Shown: one piece after another, positions 26,561-41,100 of the stretch
Numbering within the stretch: position 1 is the stretch's first letter
How the letters are laid out: every line of letters begins with the position of its first letter
Assembly: GCA_965153455.1 (NCBI GenBank)
Contig: OZ234494.1
Span: 3,286,001-3,350,000 of the forward strand
Origin: Sphagnum compactum
Lineage: Eukaryota
DNA: 64,000 nucleotides
Direction of reading: 5' to 3'
Program-made: the position numbers and the translations under genes
The notes under the pieces: generated by a model
Databases searched by the model: none
Seen by the model: the letters and a program-made list of their open reading frames with translations, nothing else
Told to the model about the DNA's origin: nothing

Positions 26561-28787
26561 GATCCATGCATAATGTTTGTCCTATTTTAAAAAAACCCAT
26601 CATCAACGAAAAATATATTATTGAATTCTTGGTGACCCCATGATATCAACATATAGTGTTGATCATATAATGGTGGAAGATGAATAAATTTTGTTATTAC
26701 AAAATATTTTTTCATTTAAAAGTTGAAATGGTGGATGTTCAAAAAACAAAAGCATTACAAGTAGGGTTACAATAAATTATTTTCAACATAAATAAATTAT
26801 TGAAATTGAAATGATAAATATATCGAATTTAAGTTTATTAAACATTTTGGTAAGGTTTAACATGTGTTGATCACAATTAGTAACTTAATTAAGAAACAAA
26901 TATTAAAAAAAATCTTGTCCATACCAATTGGTGTTTTGCAATTGTTGGTCAAATCAACTACTTTTGCAATTAAAGTTAAGAAGACAAAATTGAAACGTAT
27001 ACAAATAACATTACATAATCCACAAAATTAAAGTTTTGAATATTAAATGCAAAAGATTTCGAACTTCAACCCACACATGACAAGGTGAATGAAGGTTAAA
27101 CACATGCCATTATTGAAACAAAATGAATCGAACATGAATGCTTGTGATTCAGCTTCAAAGATCGTCAAAATCAACATCAAATGAAAATCAAAGTTACTTA
27201 TGCTAAAAATTAAAATTGAAAGTAAAAGAAGTTACACTTGGGCATGAAGTTCAACATCGTTTGAGGATGGACATTTATGAGTTGAATTGATCACGATCTT
27301 GATCATCAAAGCTTCAAACATTCAACCTTTTCAATTTGAACTTTGGGACAACTCACATTGCATTGCACGATGAATGGCACATGTCAAAAAACACATAACA
27401 TTGAACAGATAATCATGTTTTGCCATTGATAAGATGCGTGACATCTAACCATTTGTGGCCATCAAAATGTGACAATTTTGGTACAATCCAATTACCAAAT
27501 CTTTTAAAAAGGAAGTGGAAGGAAAAAACATGTTGATTCTAATTAATCAAAGGTTTCATTTTTTGATCATGGGTTTCAATAACATAGAAAAACGATGTAA
27601 CTATTGCTTATGTAGAAGTTGTACCCCATTGTTACGACATGTAGTGTAGAATTTTTGTTTCCTCATCCTTTGTTTTCAAAATTATTAAACCATGAACTTT
27701 GGTGGCAAGTACAATATGATCTTATGATGATGATGTATGAATTCATCCGCGAACTTTGGTGGCAAGTATGACATGATCTTTTCATGTATGAGCTCATTGT
27801 TGTTTGTGTAACACATATGTAAACACATATGTGGGGACAAAGCTAAATGTGATATATAAATGCATTTTAACACTTTTTAAAATCAAAATTTCTTGCTTAA
27901 TCGACCACATGATTATATAATCACAAACCATATGTGATTATATGATCATATGAATGGATAATCAAGCGGGTTAAATTATTGTACATATGGCATTTTATAT
28001 CACTTTTTTTTGTTGTTGTTGTTGTTGTGAGTGGGTTGTATTATTATCCTTTGATTTTTCTCCTCTCAAATAGGTAGGTACCAAATTATTTTAAATTAAT
28101 ATTATTTTAAAACTGAATTATATGCATAATATAATGTAAGAGGGATTTTTTTGGCCTCGCAAATTTTTCAAAATAGTTTAATGATGAGAATCCCCAACAT
28201 TAATTCACATTAAATGGTGATTGGCCTACAAGTGATGACAACCTAGGAAGTGCCTAGGTTTAGATGCAGCTAATTTAATTATTTTAATTTAAAAAAAGAT
28301 GGCAAAACAATACCTTAAAAAAATCACCAAATTTTTGTTTGTTTTTTCCCTCTAATTTTCTGAAAAAAAAAATCACCAAGTTACAAAAAATTTGCGCCCC
28401 CCCCCCCCCCCCCCCAAAAACACTGAAGTTAGTCTATTTTATAGACCTATCCAAAATGTTTTAATTAATTAATTAATTAATTTTTTATTACTTTGAAAAA
28501 AGACCCTGGATAAAGCCTAGAATCAAGACCTCGAATAAGTTTTTGAGGTTCCCTTTCCTTCCTGTTTCTTAGGACCGGACGGCACCTGGATCAGGACGTG
28601 GGTGGTGGTCGAGGACCTCGACGACGAACGATGCGTCGTCGTTCGTCGTCGTTCGTAGTCGTCGTTGTCGTCGCTCCCTCGCTCGCGATGCTTTCTCCCT
28701 CTCTCTCTGTCTCTCTGTCTTTTCCCCAATCGCTCGTCGCAACGTCGCTGTCTACCCCCGTCCCCTCGTCTGACGACTCCTCCGGCT

Positions 28788-28910
28788 ATGGCGCGCGAGC
28801 TTTCTGGGTTTGGAGATAGCGGATCGAACATTAGAATATCTAGACTGACAAGCCGCAGTTTGATTACGAGGTTAGCAGGAAGCAAGTGTGGGGGGTTTTT
28901 GAGCGGATGA
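28788..28910 (+). promoter_or_regulatory. Candidate upstream ORF 1 (40 aa) in the presumed MED12 leader
   Basis: ATG at 28788 (gctATGG) encodes MARELSGFGDSGSNIRISRLTSRSLITRLAGSKCGGFLSG*. Its TGA overlaps the ATG of uORF2 (ATGA, 28907-28910; uORF2 spans 28907-28948). Confidence 0.4.
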
Positions 28911-29123
28911 GAAACTGGAGAGGAAGAGGATTATTATTCTTCACGTAGGGAAGTAGGGCAGGGCAAGCAGGCAAGTAGGGAGGAACTACTTGTAGAGAAC
29001 ACTAGTACAGTTAGAGAGTAGGTTTGGGAGCTTTGCGGGTTTCGCGGTAAGCTTCCTTGAAGACGAAAAGTTTAAAGCCTGGCGTCCAGGCAGCCAGGCC
29101 GATGCAGGAGGCAGTAGAGAGCG

Positions 29124-32100
29124 ATGCACCGCTACTCTGCTGCCGGGGGCAGCAGCAGCGGAGTCTCAGGCGGCGGTGGACCGCAAGCTCGAGACTCGTC
29201 GCGTTCCTCTGAGTCTTCTTCCTTTCAGAACCCCTCAACTTTCCCGACCATAAGGCAAGTGCAACATCAATCGTTATAGTCTCCCAATTCCTGTGTTTGG
29301 TGTGTAGTAAATAGATATATATCTTCGTGACTGCTCTCTCTTGCTATCTGTCCTTATACTGAAACCCTAAACTTCTGATATGCAACTCTCGTTTCCACTT
29401 ATTTCTTTCCCGCCTGGCTTCTATTGTAGGCTCTCCCCGCTTGCCCCTTGTCAGCTTCATCTCTGCTCTCACATGCTTCCTTAGCTCTTCTCTTCCTTCA
29501 TGAGTTCGGAGGATGGTTTTCACGTCTTTGCTGCTTTTAGGTCACATCTCCATTTTGTTTGTTTCAGCTAACCAGAGGAAAAAACAAGCAAGTTGTGGCC
29601 AGGTTCTTTTTTTTTGTTCCATTTAGTTCCTGGATCAGAGATCCATGATACTGTGCTTTTTCTTTGCTTGCAAATTCAGAGAAACAACACATGTCATTCA
29701 AGTTTAGGGGTTTGTAAACACAGAGGATTTCAAACTAGGTGTGATTAATATTCCATGTCCAGATCCTGCTTTTGGTAGAAAGGGATTCAGAACCCTATGA
29801 GCTCTCGGATCCAGCTGCTAGTGATGGTGTGACTGGTGTACACCTACTTAAATCTTCTTTCCACTATTGCTGGCAGGACAAAGATGTAATAAAAAAAACC
29901 TCCAGTTTTCAGCACATCAGTCACCACTTTTCTTTGCTTAGCACAGGCTTCCCCCAAATGCTAAGTGATTAGAGCTATGAAGCCTGAAGACTTGTACCAC
30001 TGTATCTGAAGCTCCCAGATCAATTCTAATGTCTCCACTGGTGCCCTGAGGGTTGTTCCTCAGAATAAACCCTCTCTTGCATGGTCTCTCACACAGAACC
30101 TCAGCCTTGGTTCTGATTACCTAAACCTGGTATTGGGACTTTTCTTGAGTTTTTGCTTGAGCAATGTTTCGGTTGTGTAAAGATCCTTCTTAGCCTAATG
30201 GTATGGAGGGCCCAGAGGAAGAAGAATAGAGGCAATTTCTGAGTGAACCTCAAATGGTGCTCTGCTATTGTTATCTGTTGACAGCTTACAATATTTGAGC
30301 AGATGAATTTGTATTTTTTGTTATATACTATTAGGTTATGTTTTTTTTACCTTCTGGAAATTCATTATTTTTTCCATTTCCTTCTAAGGTCTGATGACGC
30401 TTCTCCAATGTTGTATCTGCACCCCCTCCCCCATCTCTCCCCACTCCACCCCACCCCCACTTTTTTCTTTTGTTTGGTTCTTCCATTACAAAATTCTCTT
30501 ATATTCTGATGATTGATGTGCGGGCAGATTTGTTTGCTCAAATGGATAGTGACAGGCCTGTTTGATGTGCAGACGTACAGCACCACTTGTCCCATATAAA
30601 CTTCGGTGTGAAAGAGATCCTTTGAGTGGCCGGTATGCCTTTCACATACATCCTTAAATGCTCTCTGGACTCAGTTCTAAGATATTCATCTGGTATTTCC
30701 TTTGTCCTGAAACATCACTGCAGCCTAAGGCATATCAATCAAAGAAGTTATACCCTTTGCTAGCACATTTGAATAGCACAAAGATGTACTAAGTTTGTGA
30801 GTTTTGGAATGTAAAATCCTAATCAATAGTTTTTCACTGGATTGGATTTGCAGTCTTGGGCCACCTGATTTTTATCCTCCAACTTCAAACTGTGCTGAAG
30901 AGATACTCAATAGGGAGTCTTGTCAGTCTGGCTACAAGGAGCTGATTGAAGGGATCGAGGTACTCTGTCCACTTATTTGCTTTACACTTATGCATCTTCG
31001 TTCTTGACCCTGTTAGTATTTCTGGTTCATGAATGATCGGTGACAATGTTTCCACCACCTATACAAAGTTCTTTACTACACGGTTAGCAATGGTATGTTT
31101 TATCACATGGCTAAATTGGAAATATGGAATAAACTCTGGTTACAATTAGAAAGAGAGCCATGCTTCCTTATGGCTTGGGAGCATAGAAGTGTAGAACAAG
31201 GGTTTTGTGATTGTGCTGCATTGTCCTTTACACTCTGTTTTGAGCAGATTTGTTTGTGCTATTGTTCTATTTGTGCAGGAACCCAAAGAAGTTACACTGA
31301 CTCTTACCAACAACCCTGCATTGTGGGCAAAGCAAAGTGTGAACCGCTACAAAGAGGTGCTTCTTTTTGTTTGTCTCTTGTGCTTGCGTTGAAATGTGGA
31401 GTTTGAAATTTATGAGGAAATCAAGCAGTAGATCTTGTAGTGTACAAATGGTGAATTGTATAAGTAATAGAGTTGCAACTTTCTTAAGTCTCCTGATTCG
31501 CATGCAGGAATTAGGGGGGATAGCTTGGTCCTTAACACTTGTTGCCTCAAGAGAGGCAAGAGAATGGTGGTTCATCATATTGGTGTACCTCTTGGCATGT
31601 GTGGTGGTTTTTATGTTTAGTTTTTATTGCTTCAGTACAACAAGGACATTCCTCTTTCCAAACTTTTCTCTGATATGTGGGTGGGATTTTGTTTCAGTCT
31701 ATTCACAAACGGTTCAGGGCACTAAATGATGCACTGATCAGGAAGCGAAAGGTAAATTGCTCTGTTTTATTATGTTGGTGTAAATGTTTTCTTACTTTTT
31801 GTTCTGCTCTGAGCTTGGTATGTTGCTGGGGATCTAAGATCCTTGTTGGCAAGGCCTTTCACGAGTTGAAGAGTTTGCTTGCATGCAGAGTATATTCTGC
31901 CAGTAGTCCTAGGTTACACATGACTGAGAGCTTCAGGATGGGCTTACAAACAGACCCTGTAAAGCCAAGTTTCTGCCAAAAGGATATGTCTCCATATGCC
32001 ATTGAGCTGTTGTCTGAAGATGAGTAGGGAGGATTGAGGGTTTTCTAGAACCCACCATATATATTTTGAAACTTTTTAATTGTGATATGCCTGAGCGTGA

Positions 32101-35100
32101 TGCAGGCAGGTCAAGTATATGGGGTACCTCTTTCTGGAGCATTGCTGGCGAAGCCAGGACTTTACCCTGAGCAGAAAAATTGTGGAGAAGATTTTCGAAA
32201 GAAGTGGATTGAGGCAAGTTCCTGTTGTTGCTTATGTTGCCTACACTCTCTTACCTGCCTTTTTGTTTCTCTATTGGGCAGTAGGTTTCAAGCCTCAGCA
32301 TAGTGTACTGCTGCGTAACAAACAAAATGACAGGGCCTCTGATGCTTGGTATTCTGAATATATATATAGATAGATAATGTATGGTGATGGACCAAGGAAG
32401 GCACATCCCAGAGTTAGAAGTCTGCTGATGGTTAGACTTGAGGAGGTTGGAATTTTATTAAAACCAGTGATGTCTGTATCAAAAATGATGACTAGCCTAA
32501 TGGGCATGTCTATTGCCTGCCACTTGAGAGCCTAGTGCAATGTGCTGATTAATGTACCACCACAATATTATGGGGTGACCACTGTTTGGCATTTAAGAAG
32601 TGGTTTATTGACTTGGGAGTGACCTTGCACTTGACAGGGGTTGTTTATAAGAAAACACTGGAGTGTACAACAGTTTTAGAGTCCTTCTAAGGAGAAGATT
32701 ATACTTGCTGAGGGTGCTTATGTGGTCAACCCAGGATCTGATGGTACTAAATCTGCTCTCTGTAATGACAGGATTTGTCGCAGCGGAAGAGACTGCGAGC
32801 ATTAGCTGAGCATGTCCCACATGGTTATCGCAAACGTGCCATCTTTGAGGCGGTCATTAAGCATGGTGTACCTTTGCTTAGGGCAACATGGTTTGTTAAA
32901 ATTGTCACCCTCAATCAGGTCTGTCAAGATTCCCAATTTCATCCTCTACAATTTCCTGGGCTTTGCTGTGCTCTAGGTTTGCAATTGCAAGGTCATAGTT
33001 GATATGAAAGCGTATAACTCTTTACCCATTCTCTTTGTTTAGATGGAGGCTACATAGTGACTTTCCATCTCAATGGCTCTTGTTTGCTCATACCTTGTGA
33101 CAATCAACACTGGCCCTTTGTAGCTGCACTGGTTGGTATGAAGCTTTGACAGCTGATGTTCAGATCTTGCACAATTAAAGGAATTGGCTGGGTCCATTGA
33201 GACTCAAGATCCTTTACAATTGTTGGCAGGTTAGGACCCAGGCTGGTTCTTTTGACTGTATATAGGGGCTGATGATTGCACATTTGAATGATGGGAAGTA
33301 TTGTTCCTTGAGTTTGGATCTCAGATTTTTGTTGAAGTCCAATTCTGGTGTCCCAGAACTACTGTTTTGATGGCTCTTCTTGTATTCAATGGATCCAGGT
33401 ACGACCTATACCAATCGGAATGTCAGCAGGTGGCCCTGATAAGTCTCAGTTGAAGCGGGTGGACTTGTGGACAAATAATGTAGTGGAGTATGCCCAGTCA
33501 TTGCTTGATGACCTGTGCCTGCCAGGGGCAGCTCAAGCACACCCAGGATTCATTACTGCAGGAGGTGATCCAGCAGAAGGAGAGCTGGAGTTACTCAGTA
33601 AGTGGCGCTATGTTGTCCGCTTGGCACAATGGCATTACTCTGAGGGCCTGCTTCATCGCACCCAGGTCATTGATTGGGCCCTGAAGCAACTCCAGGTTGG
33701 TACTGCATACTGTTCATACTTGTTGTGTCACATGGTGCTATAATGTAGGGGTTGGTGTGCTCAGAGCAAGTAGGAAAAGCAGGTAGAAACCTTCTTTTTG
33801 TGTAAGTTTGCCTTGGGATATGCAAAGAGCACAAGGGAGTAGTTCAATCCAATCCCAGACAGGTGTCATGATGTATCGATTTCCATGTGATCAATGTTTT
33901 GTGGAGGCTGTGGTAATTTTGGATCTAATTTTGTTGTTTGTCGGAATCTGTCAGGAAAAGGAGACAGTGGAGGCACTGGAGCTTTTGTTACCAATTGTGT
34001 TGGAACTTATTGATGGGATCTGTTTGTCTCAAGCCCATGTACGTATGCTGGTTGATACATGTCTACGATGGCTGCGGAAACTTTTCCCAACAGGGATCCT
34101 TCCCAAGGCCACTAGTGAGCTTACACGACAGAGATCAGTTGCAGTATCATTAGTGGAGCTTCTGCGGTACCTCCTGCTTGTTGTCCCAGACACCTTTGTT
34201 GCTTTGGATTGCTTTCCTCTTCCACCTTGTGTCTGTACAGCAGGAGAGTCCCAGTCTTTTCCAGAAGTTTCTTCACTTCTCCTTGAAGATATTGAAAGGC
34301 ATGTCCAGCCTGTGCCAGACAGCAAGAACATGGGGATGAAACATCGCACTGGACCTACTGGACCAGTTGCAAACCAGAGGAATTGTTGTCAGCGTGAGCT
34401 TGCTGTTGGAGAGACTGTTGACTTAATACAACAACGCGCAGCCTCATTAGCAAGAGCAGTGAACCCTGTTTTTTTACGAAACAATGAGGGAAAAGTTGTT
34501 CAGGCACTTGACAAAGCTCTTAATGGGGGAGATATTGCTGGTGCTTATCGTTGTGTATATGAAGAAGACTTTTGCAGCAGTGATAACTTGCCTGCAGAAT
34601 GGCAGGCAGAAGTAATTTCTGCCTCTGCATTCAGCTTATCAGGCCCAATTGATCCCTCAGAACTTTTTGCAGTTCGATTTTTGTGTGAATGGGCAGTCTG
34701 TGATTTCCGAGACAGCAGGGGTATTGTTGCTTCTAAGGTGGAAAGGCCACAGACTGCATTCAGGGACACATCATGTGTGTACATGGTTGTTTCAGTCCTT
34801 CGTAACAGGATGCTTGAAATTGAACACAAAAGGAGTGGCTTTGACAACTCTATGCAGAAATGGGCGTGTTCTGAGGGAGACAAAGGAAAACAAAGTGGTC
34901 TTCACACAATGACTTCAGAGGGATCAGTCATCCATGCTAATGAAAGAGTTTCTGTGACTTCTAGATATCTCTTGAGCCCAGGTTGCATGCATGACTTGTT
35001 ATACGCTTGGTTGGATCAGCATGAAATGTGGAGAGGGGACACATCGGATCGACTGCCATTGCTGTTGGCTGAACTTGTGAGAGAGGGTTTGTTTCAACCT

Positions 35101-38100
35101 GATGCTTATGTAAGGCAGCTACTTTGTAATGGAGTGTTGGATCTGGAGTCTACCACAGTTGATCCAGCCCGGGTGGCTCGCCACAGGCATGTTTTGCAGA
35201 ATCTCCCACCACCACCCCGCTGCCTTTTGGATGATGGAACCGTTAATGATCCCTTGCTTTCTGAGGCTTATCGGATTTACCGTAATGAGCGGCGCTCTGC
35301 ACTCTATGGCCTAGGTAAGAGACTAAATCTTGTTTCTCAAGAACCGGGATTTGCTGCCCGGCAGTTGCACAAGGAAGGATCAAGAAATTGGGCTGGATTG
35401 GAGACAAAGCAATCCTCTGGGCTTCATGGAACAGTGGAAGGGACCTTTCAAAGATCCAAGTGCCAGAGACGAAAATGGAAAATCACAGACTTGAAGCAAC
35501 TTATTGCCACCTCGCTCCTGCTTCCTGAGACTTGTGTTGCTGCCTCAATAAAGCCTCTAGAAACAAAAGCAAGCAGAGGGATACTAAATAGTTTAAAGAG
35601 ACCAGCAGCATTGGCTTTCAACAGCAAGGAGAGAGACCCCACTCCAGGCTGTGAGGAATGTAGCAAGAGTAAGAGACTCAAGACAATTGAAGGGAAAGGG
35701 TTGATCATGGCCATTGGTGACGAAGAAGACACATGGTGGTCAAAAAAGGGGCCTAAAGTAGTAGAACCTATTAAGGTAGTGGAAGCTATAAAGGCTGAAC
35801 TCCCAGTAAAACCTTTATTAAAGCAAAGTCGAGGGAGACCAAAGGCTGTGCGGAAAACCCAGAGTCTTGCACAACTGGCTGCTACCCGCACCGAGAGCAC
35901 CCAAGGCGCCTCATCAAGCCACTTGTTTGACACAAAAGTGAGCTGCCCACACCACCAACCATCACCTGATGGTGTGAATATCTTGCAAGCCAAAGACAGT
36001 AACAAAGTGCAGAAGACAGCTGAACTCCACTCTATTGGAGCAGCTATGAAGTGCCTCCGTGTGTGTGAGAATCGCTCAATTGTCAGGTGGTTGGATAGTT
36101 TAGTGCGCAGCCTTGTAAGCGGTGGGGGATACTATGCTCCAAGTGTTCATGCTAATGGATTCCCTGATTCTGCTTCTGTTTTAGAGCAAGCAAGCATGGT
36201 GCAATGGCGAATTGGAGAAGAACAACTTGCCCTCATTGTTCTTGTTATGGACACTGGGAATGATCTGCACACACTGTTGCAACTCCTGCTGTGGCTGTTG
36301 CCCATTGCAGCCATTCCACCTGCCAACCCCCCAGGTCATGTTGGCAGAGGCATTGGTGCCCTTAGTGGCAGTAAAGAGAGCTCTATGTGTGATGTGGGAG
36401 AAGCAGTGGTTTTATCATGTCTGCGAAGGTGAGGATAATTGTACCCTGCACCCAAGGTTGGGCTTCCATGGCATGTGAATTGACAGTGTTGATCCACTCC
36501 CAGAAATAGTGTCTCTCAATCCCTGTCAGCCATTAGATGCTGCCATTTTGTTAGAGCTAGTTTTCTTTCTGTCATAGGTCTGTGGTCCATGTGGCATTTG
36601 ATGTTTAATCACCTTAATTAGGTTTGTTTACAGTCTGCTGATCCATGGAGTTATACCTGGACTTCCTTGCAGTGCAGTCAATCCTAATTGCTGGATTTCC
36701 AGGAGAAATGTGCATTCTAAGAATGCCTTTCCAACTTCTTGGTTTTGTGCTTTTCTCACATCAACTCTAATGAAGTCAGTGGCAGTGTTGTTTAGGTTTT
36801 TCTGTGTTTTTTAGTCCTCTTTTCCTGTTGGCTGATGTATTGTTCATTCTGAAATCTCACTAATCTTATTGTAAGGTCTTCTCTCAGTTGTATTGAAGTT
36901 GAGTTCTATTTGTTTCATATCATGTTGAATTGCTGGTTTATTGACAGGCCAAGCTAACCCCCATGAGCTCATCCTCCTGGTTGGACTACTGAAGATGAAT
37001 GTGATATGTTAGCTATCAACTTTTACTGCTTGATTAAGAGTCCAGAGCTATTGACGGCTTGGTGCTATTTGTGATGTTTCTGAAACTTAAAAGGAATCCA
37101 CTGGTCTTCTCAGATGCTACTGGTCTTGTCAAACTTGGGGGCATGACCATTTCTTCACAGTTCTAGTCAGACTTTTACTGAAGGTTGACCCGATTAGCAA
37201 ACTATTGGGTTGAATAGTTGTCAGTAATGAAAGCTTATCCACACAGTATTGAGATGCAGGTATGAGGGTGTACTGGCAGCGATGGATCTTCTCCCACAGG
37301 CTCTATCAGCAGGGATGAAAAGGGCAGCAAATGTTATGGCTGCTGGTCCAGGAGGCCAAGCAGGGTGCTCGGCATTGTTATGCTATGTCCGGGATCTTTT
37401 GCGGAAGTATCGAAGCCTTGCAAGTGTACAAGCCTGGGAGAAAAGCTGGAAGACAACTTGTGATCAGCGCTTAGGTGCTGAATTGGAGGCATTGAAAGCA
37501 GGTGACACTGAAGGTGGATTTGGAATGGTTGGAGGTATGGGTGATGACCGGGATGACCCTAACCTGCCACGCCTCACAGGCCGCCTAGAAAGGGTTGGAA
37601 AAAGCATGAAGGACCTCATACTGCGTGGCATGAATGAAGCTATGCACAGTATGGTAAACAAAGAACGTGACCTAGCTGCGTCTTCAGCTGCAGGTGCAGA
37701 TCTGGTTGAGGATGGTTACCTTGCAGCCCAGCGAGTAGTTGGGGGTATTATGGATTCCATTAGACAAAATGGTGGAGTTGCACCACAAGCAGATTCGGCA
37801 CTTGTGACTGCAGCTGTGTCTACTGTGGTTGGAAATGCATGGGCAGCTGTTGCCACTGTATTGGATACTCTTGGTTACAGCAATACAGGAGCTAATATTG
37901 CAGGCATTGGCCCTGCCATAAGGTGCAGATTCGGCACTGCAGATATGTTGGTTCTTCAATGTCTGTTTTGGTTTGCTAGTATGTATTTGCCATCGGATAT
38001 GCTCTCTCAGTCACAATGTGATGTCTTTTAAGCCATTTTCTGTCAAGCACACTTGTCTATCTTGATTGCCTTGCCTGGTAGGATGTGGTACAGCCCATCA

Positions 38101-41100
38101 CCCTCTTCCTAGGCTGGCATGCATTTTATCCCCAGCTGCTCAACAGCTTATCATCTGAAGTTGGGATTACATAGTTATGTTTTTGAGGTTCAACTGTCAG
38201 GGTGTATAATTGGTGTTTCATTGTATGCCATCAATGCTGTAACTGATAAGGAGCTATCTGCTGCTTCTAGGTGTGGGCGGCGAGTATTGCAAATGCATGT
38301 GTACTGTTTGCAGTTGTTGAAGGATGCCCTTGGTGAGCGCCAAACCCGCATGCTGGAAGTTGCTTTAGCAGCAGAAGCAAGTGCGGTTGTTATGAATGGT
38401 GTGGGGTACTCACCAGGAAGACCTCCACGCTCACAATTCCATCTCTCTCCAGAAACTCCTGAGTCCAACTCAGCCTTGGCCAATGATGTTGGAGGGTCTC
38501 CAGGTTTGGGCCGAGCACCAACTGCTGCTGCTGCTGTAGCTGCACTTGTTGCAAGCTTGGTAGTAAATGGGATCACAAGCCTTGAGCGTATGGTATCTGT
38601 TCTGCGGATCAAGGACGGGTTAGAGAATTTGCAGCTTCTGAAGTCAGGGGGTCCTACATCCAACGGCATGTCACGAGTAGGCAGCATGGGAAGCAATGTG
38701 AAGGCAGATACATTGGCAGAAGCAAATATCTACTGGTTCCGAGTCTTAATTGGTGATTGCCGAACTGTTGCAGGAGGCTTAGTTGCCGATCTCTTGGGAG
38801 AGTCAACTGTACTGGGGCTTGCACACATGCAACGTGCTATGCCTCTCACTGCTGTCTTTCCTCCTGCTTATGCTATTTTTGCAGCTGCACTACATAGGAA
38901 CCAGCCTGCTTATAATAACAGCAACAAATGTGAAGACTTTGTTGCACAGGCTGTCACTGTTGCTGTGAATGATATGGTTGCATTTGAGCCTTTTCGAGAT
39001 GTTTGCTTACGGGACACACGAGCTCTTTACTTGCTGCTGTTAGATGACACTGGTGAGAGTGAGTATGCAGCAATGCTGGATATGCAAGGCCTGGAATTAA
39101 ATAAGAAGATTTTGGCTATTGTGCCACTTCGTGCTCGTCTGTTCTTATATGCTCTCTTGGACCGGAAGATGTCAGATGATGATATCTGGGGTCAAGGCCA
39201 AACCCACACTTCCACTGAACCAGGCCAGGTGGAGCAACTTGTTCGGGTATGTGCTATTTCTGCTTTCATTTAAGGGGCGATTTGCTGTATGTGTAAATTA
39301 AGAATATATGCAATGGTTGGTATCCTGATGACTAGTAGTCTCAACAAGAATCATTCTCTGTTCCGAAACTGCCATAGGAATGCCCAATGGAATTTTGCAT
39401 AGGCACCTGTGTCATGTTTGTAAGTTTGTGCCTTGTGTGATCTTGTGAAGGAAAGACTGTTATGAATATAAATGGGGCAATCAGTCACTTTGGGATCGTC
39501 ATTCTAGTCTTATTCATCCTTCACACAACAGTTAGCTTAAAAGTGTCTTTCTGTTCTCTGCAATCTTCTTTCATGTTTACTATGAATAATTTTTATGTTG
39601 TAGGCTGTGCCCTGGGAATCAATCTTGCTATATCTGATGTGGTTCTTACATGCATGCCTGAATGTAGTGGCCATTGTTAGCTCAAGTAAAACTTTGGTTG
39701 ATGGTTTCTGAAAATAACAAGTGGGCATTTGTAATAGGTCTTGGATGAGCTGCAGGCAGCTACATTCCATTGGCAATGGGTGGAGCTAAGGCTACTGTTG
39801 AATGAACAAGTTGTACTGGAGAGGCTCAACAGTCATTCTCAAAGTGCCCAGGAAGCTGTGCAGGCAGCCATGGCAGTAACAGATCGACAGCTTGCTGAGT
39901 GTGAGAAAACCTTCACAGAAGTGGTTCTTACACGGTTATTAGTCCGTCCAGAGGCTGCAGCACTGTATTCTGAGGCAGTTCATTCCCTTGGGCGGCAACT
40001 AGAGGAGTACCTCATACTGCAAGTATGTCCTTGACTTTCTTCTATTTGTTCTGAGTTCATATCATAAAATGTTATCTTTGGTCGTCAAATATGTCCACTG
40101 TCTGTGGTCTATATTATAAGTACAGGTATCTTATCTGGATTAAACAATCTGACCAAATTGTGCACTAGATGGTTGTTCTTTGTGTATATATGTGTTTGTT
40201 TCTAGCCATACTGAGGAGGGCATTCCCTTTTAACAGAGTGTCACTTGACTATTGCACAGAATGACAGCAGAACCCTTGATTCTTCAAGCCTTCCCTGCAG
40301 TTGGCAGTTTTTAGTCAGGATAGATTTTTCCAATTTATTGATGGCAACAGATAGACTAGCTTTGCTGCCTTCATAATTCCCAGGCAATACCAGTTTGTAT
40401 CAAATGAGGCTGTGATCATGTGCATCATAAATTACTGAGGCAAGACTGCTCTGAATTCATATTGTTTTCAGATGTTACTCACATATGGTTCTAATTTTAC
40501 AAAGATTCTCAGGGATCTGGTCAAAGTTTCTGAATGAGAAATTATTCTCCTGGGTATGACATGAGTTTCTGGTTCATCTGAAGGCTAGTTCAAAGTGTCT
40601 CACCATCAAGGAGCTTGTCCTTGTCAAGGCAGTGTCTTTGACTTTTTTGTCTTCTTTTTCAGCAGAACCTCTTGCAACTTATTGACTATTATCAGTTCAA
40701 TATAATTGGGCAGTTAGGATTTTGATTCTACTATATTTAGATAAGAACAATTGATCATTGTGGCTAATTACCACATGGACTTCATTCAAAGGTTGGCAGT
40801 GGAGGTAGTCCTCCACGGTATCTCTGTGCAGGCTCAGATGTGTAGAACCACTGTTTTGTTTTTGCAGGTGAAGTGGGTGCTTGAGGGCCCTGATGTGCTG
40901 GCTGGGCGGAAGTCTCTGTGTCAACTCCTTGAAAGGTTTGCAGTAAGGCAGGGTTTCTCTGTAAATAGTCTTCACCGGATTAAACCGTGGGGCTGGCAGC
41001 CACCAAAACCAAAAGCCTGCCATTCACTGGATTGTGATGACCGGAAGCAATCATCACAACATGGTGCATCACCAGAAGAGGGGGAGGTCGAGGATGATGG

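Noticed and set aside
33808..33954. N-terminal extensions of large MED12 ORFs in the track (also 38119, 40751, 41989)
   Set aside because: Intronic read-through upstream of AG acceptors; the homology-consistent exon starts lie downstream.
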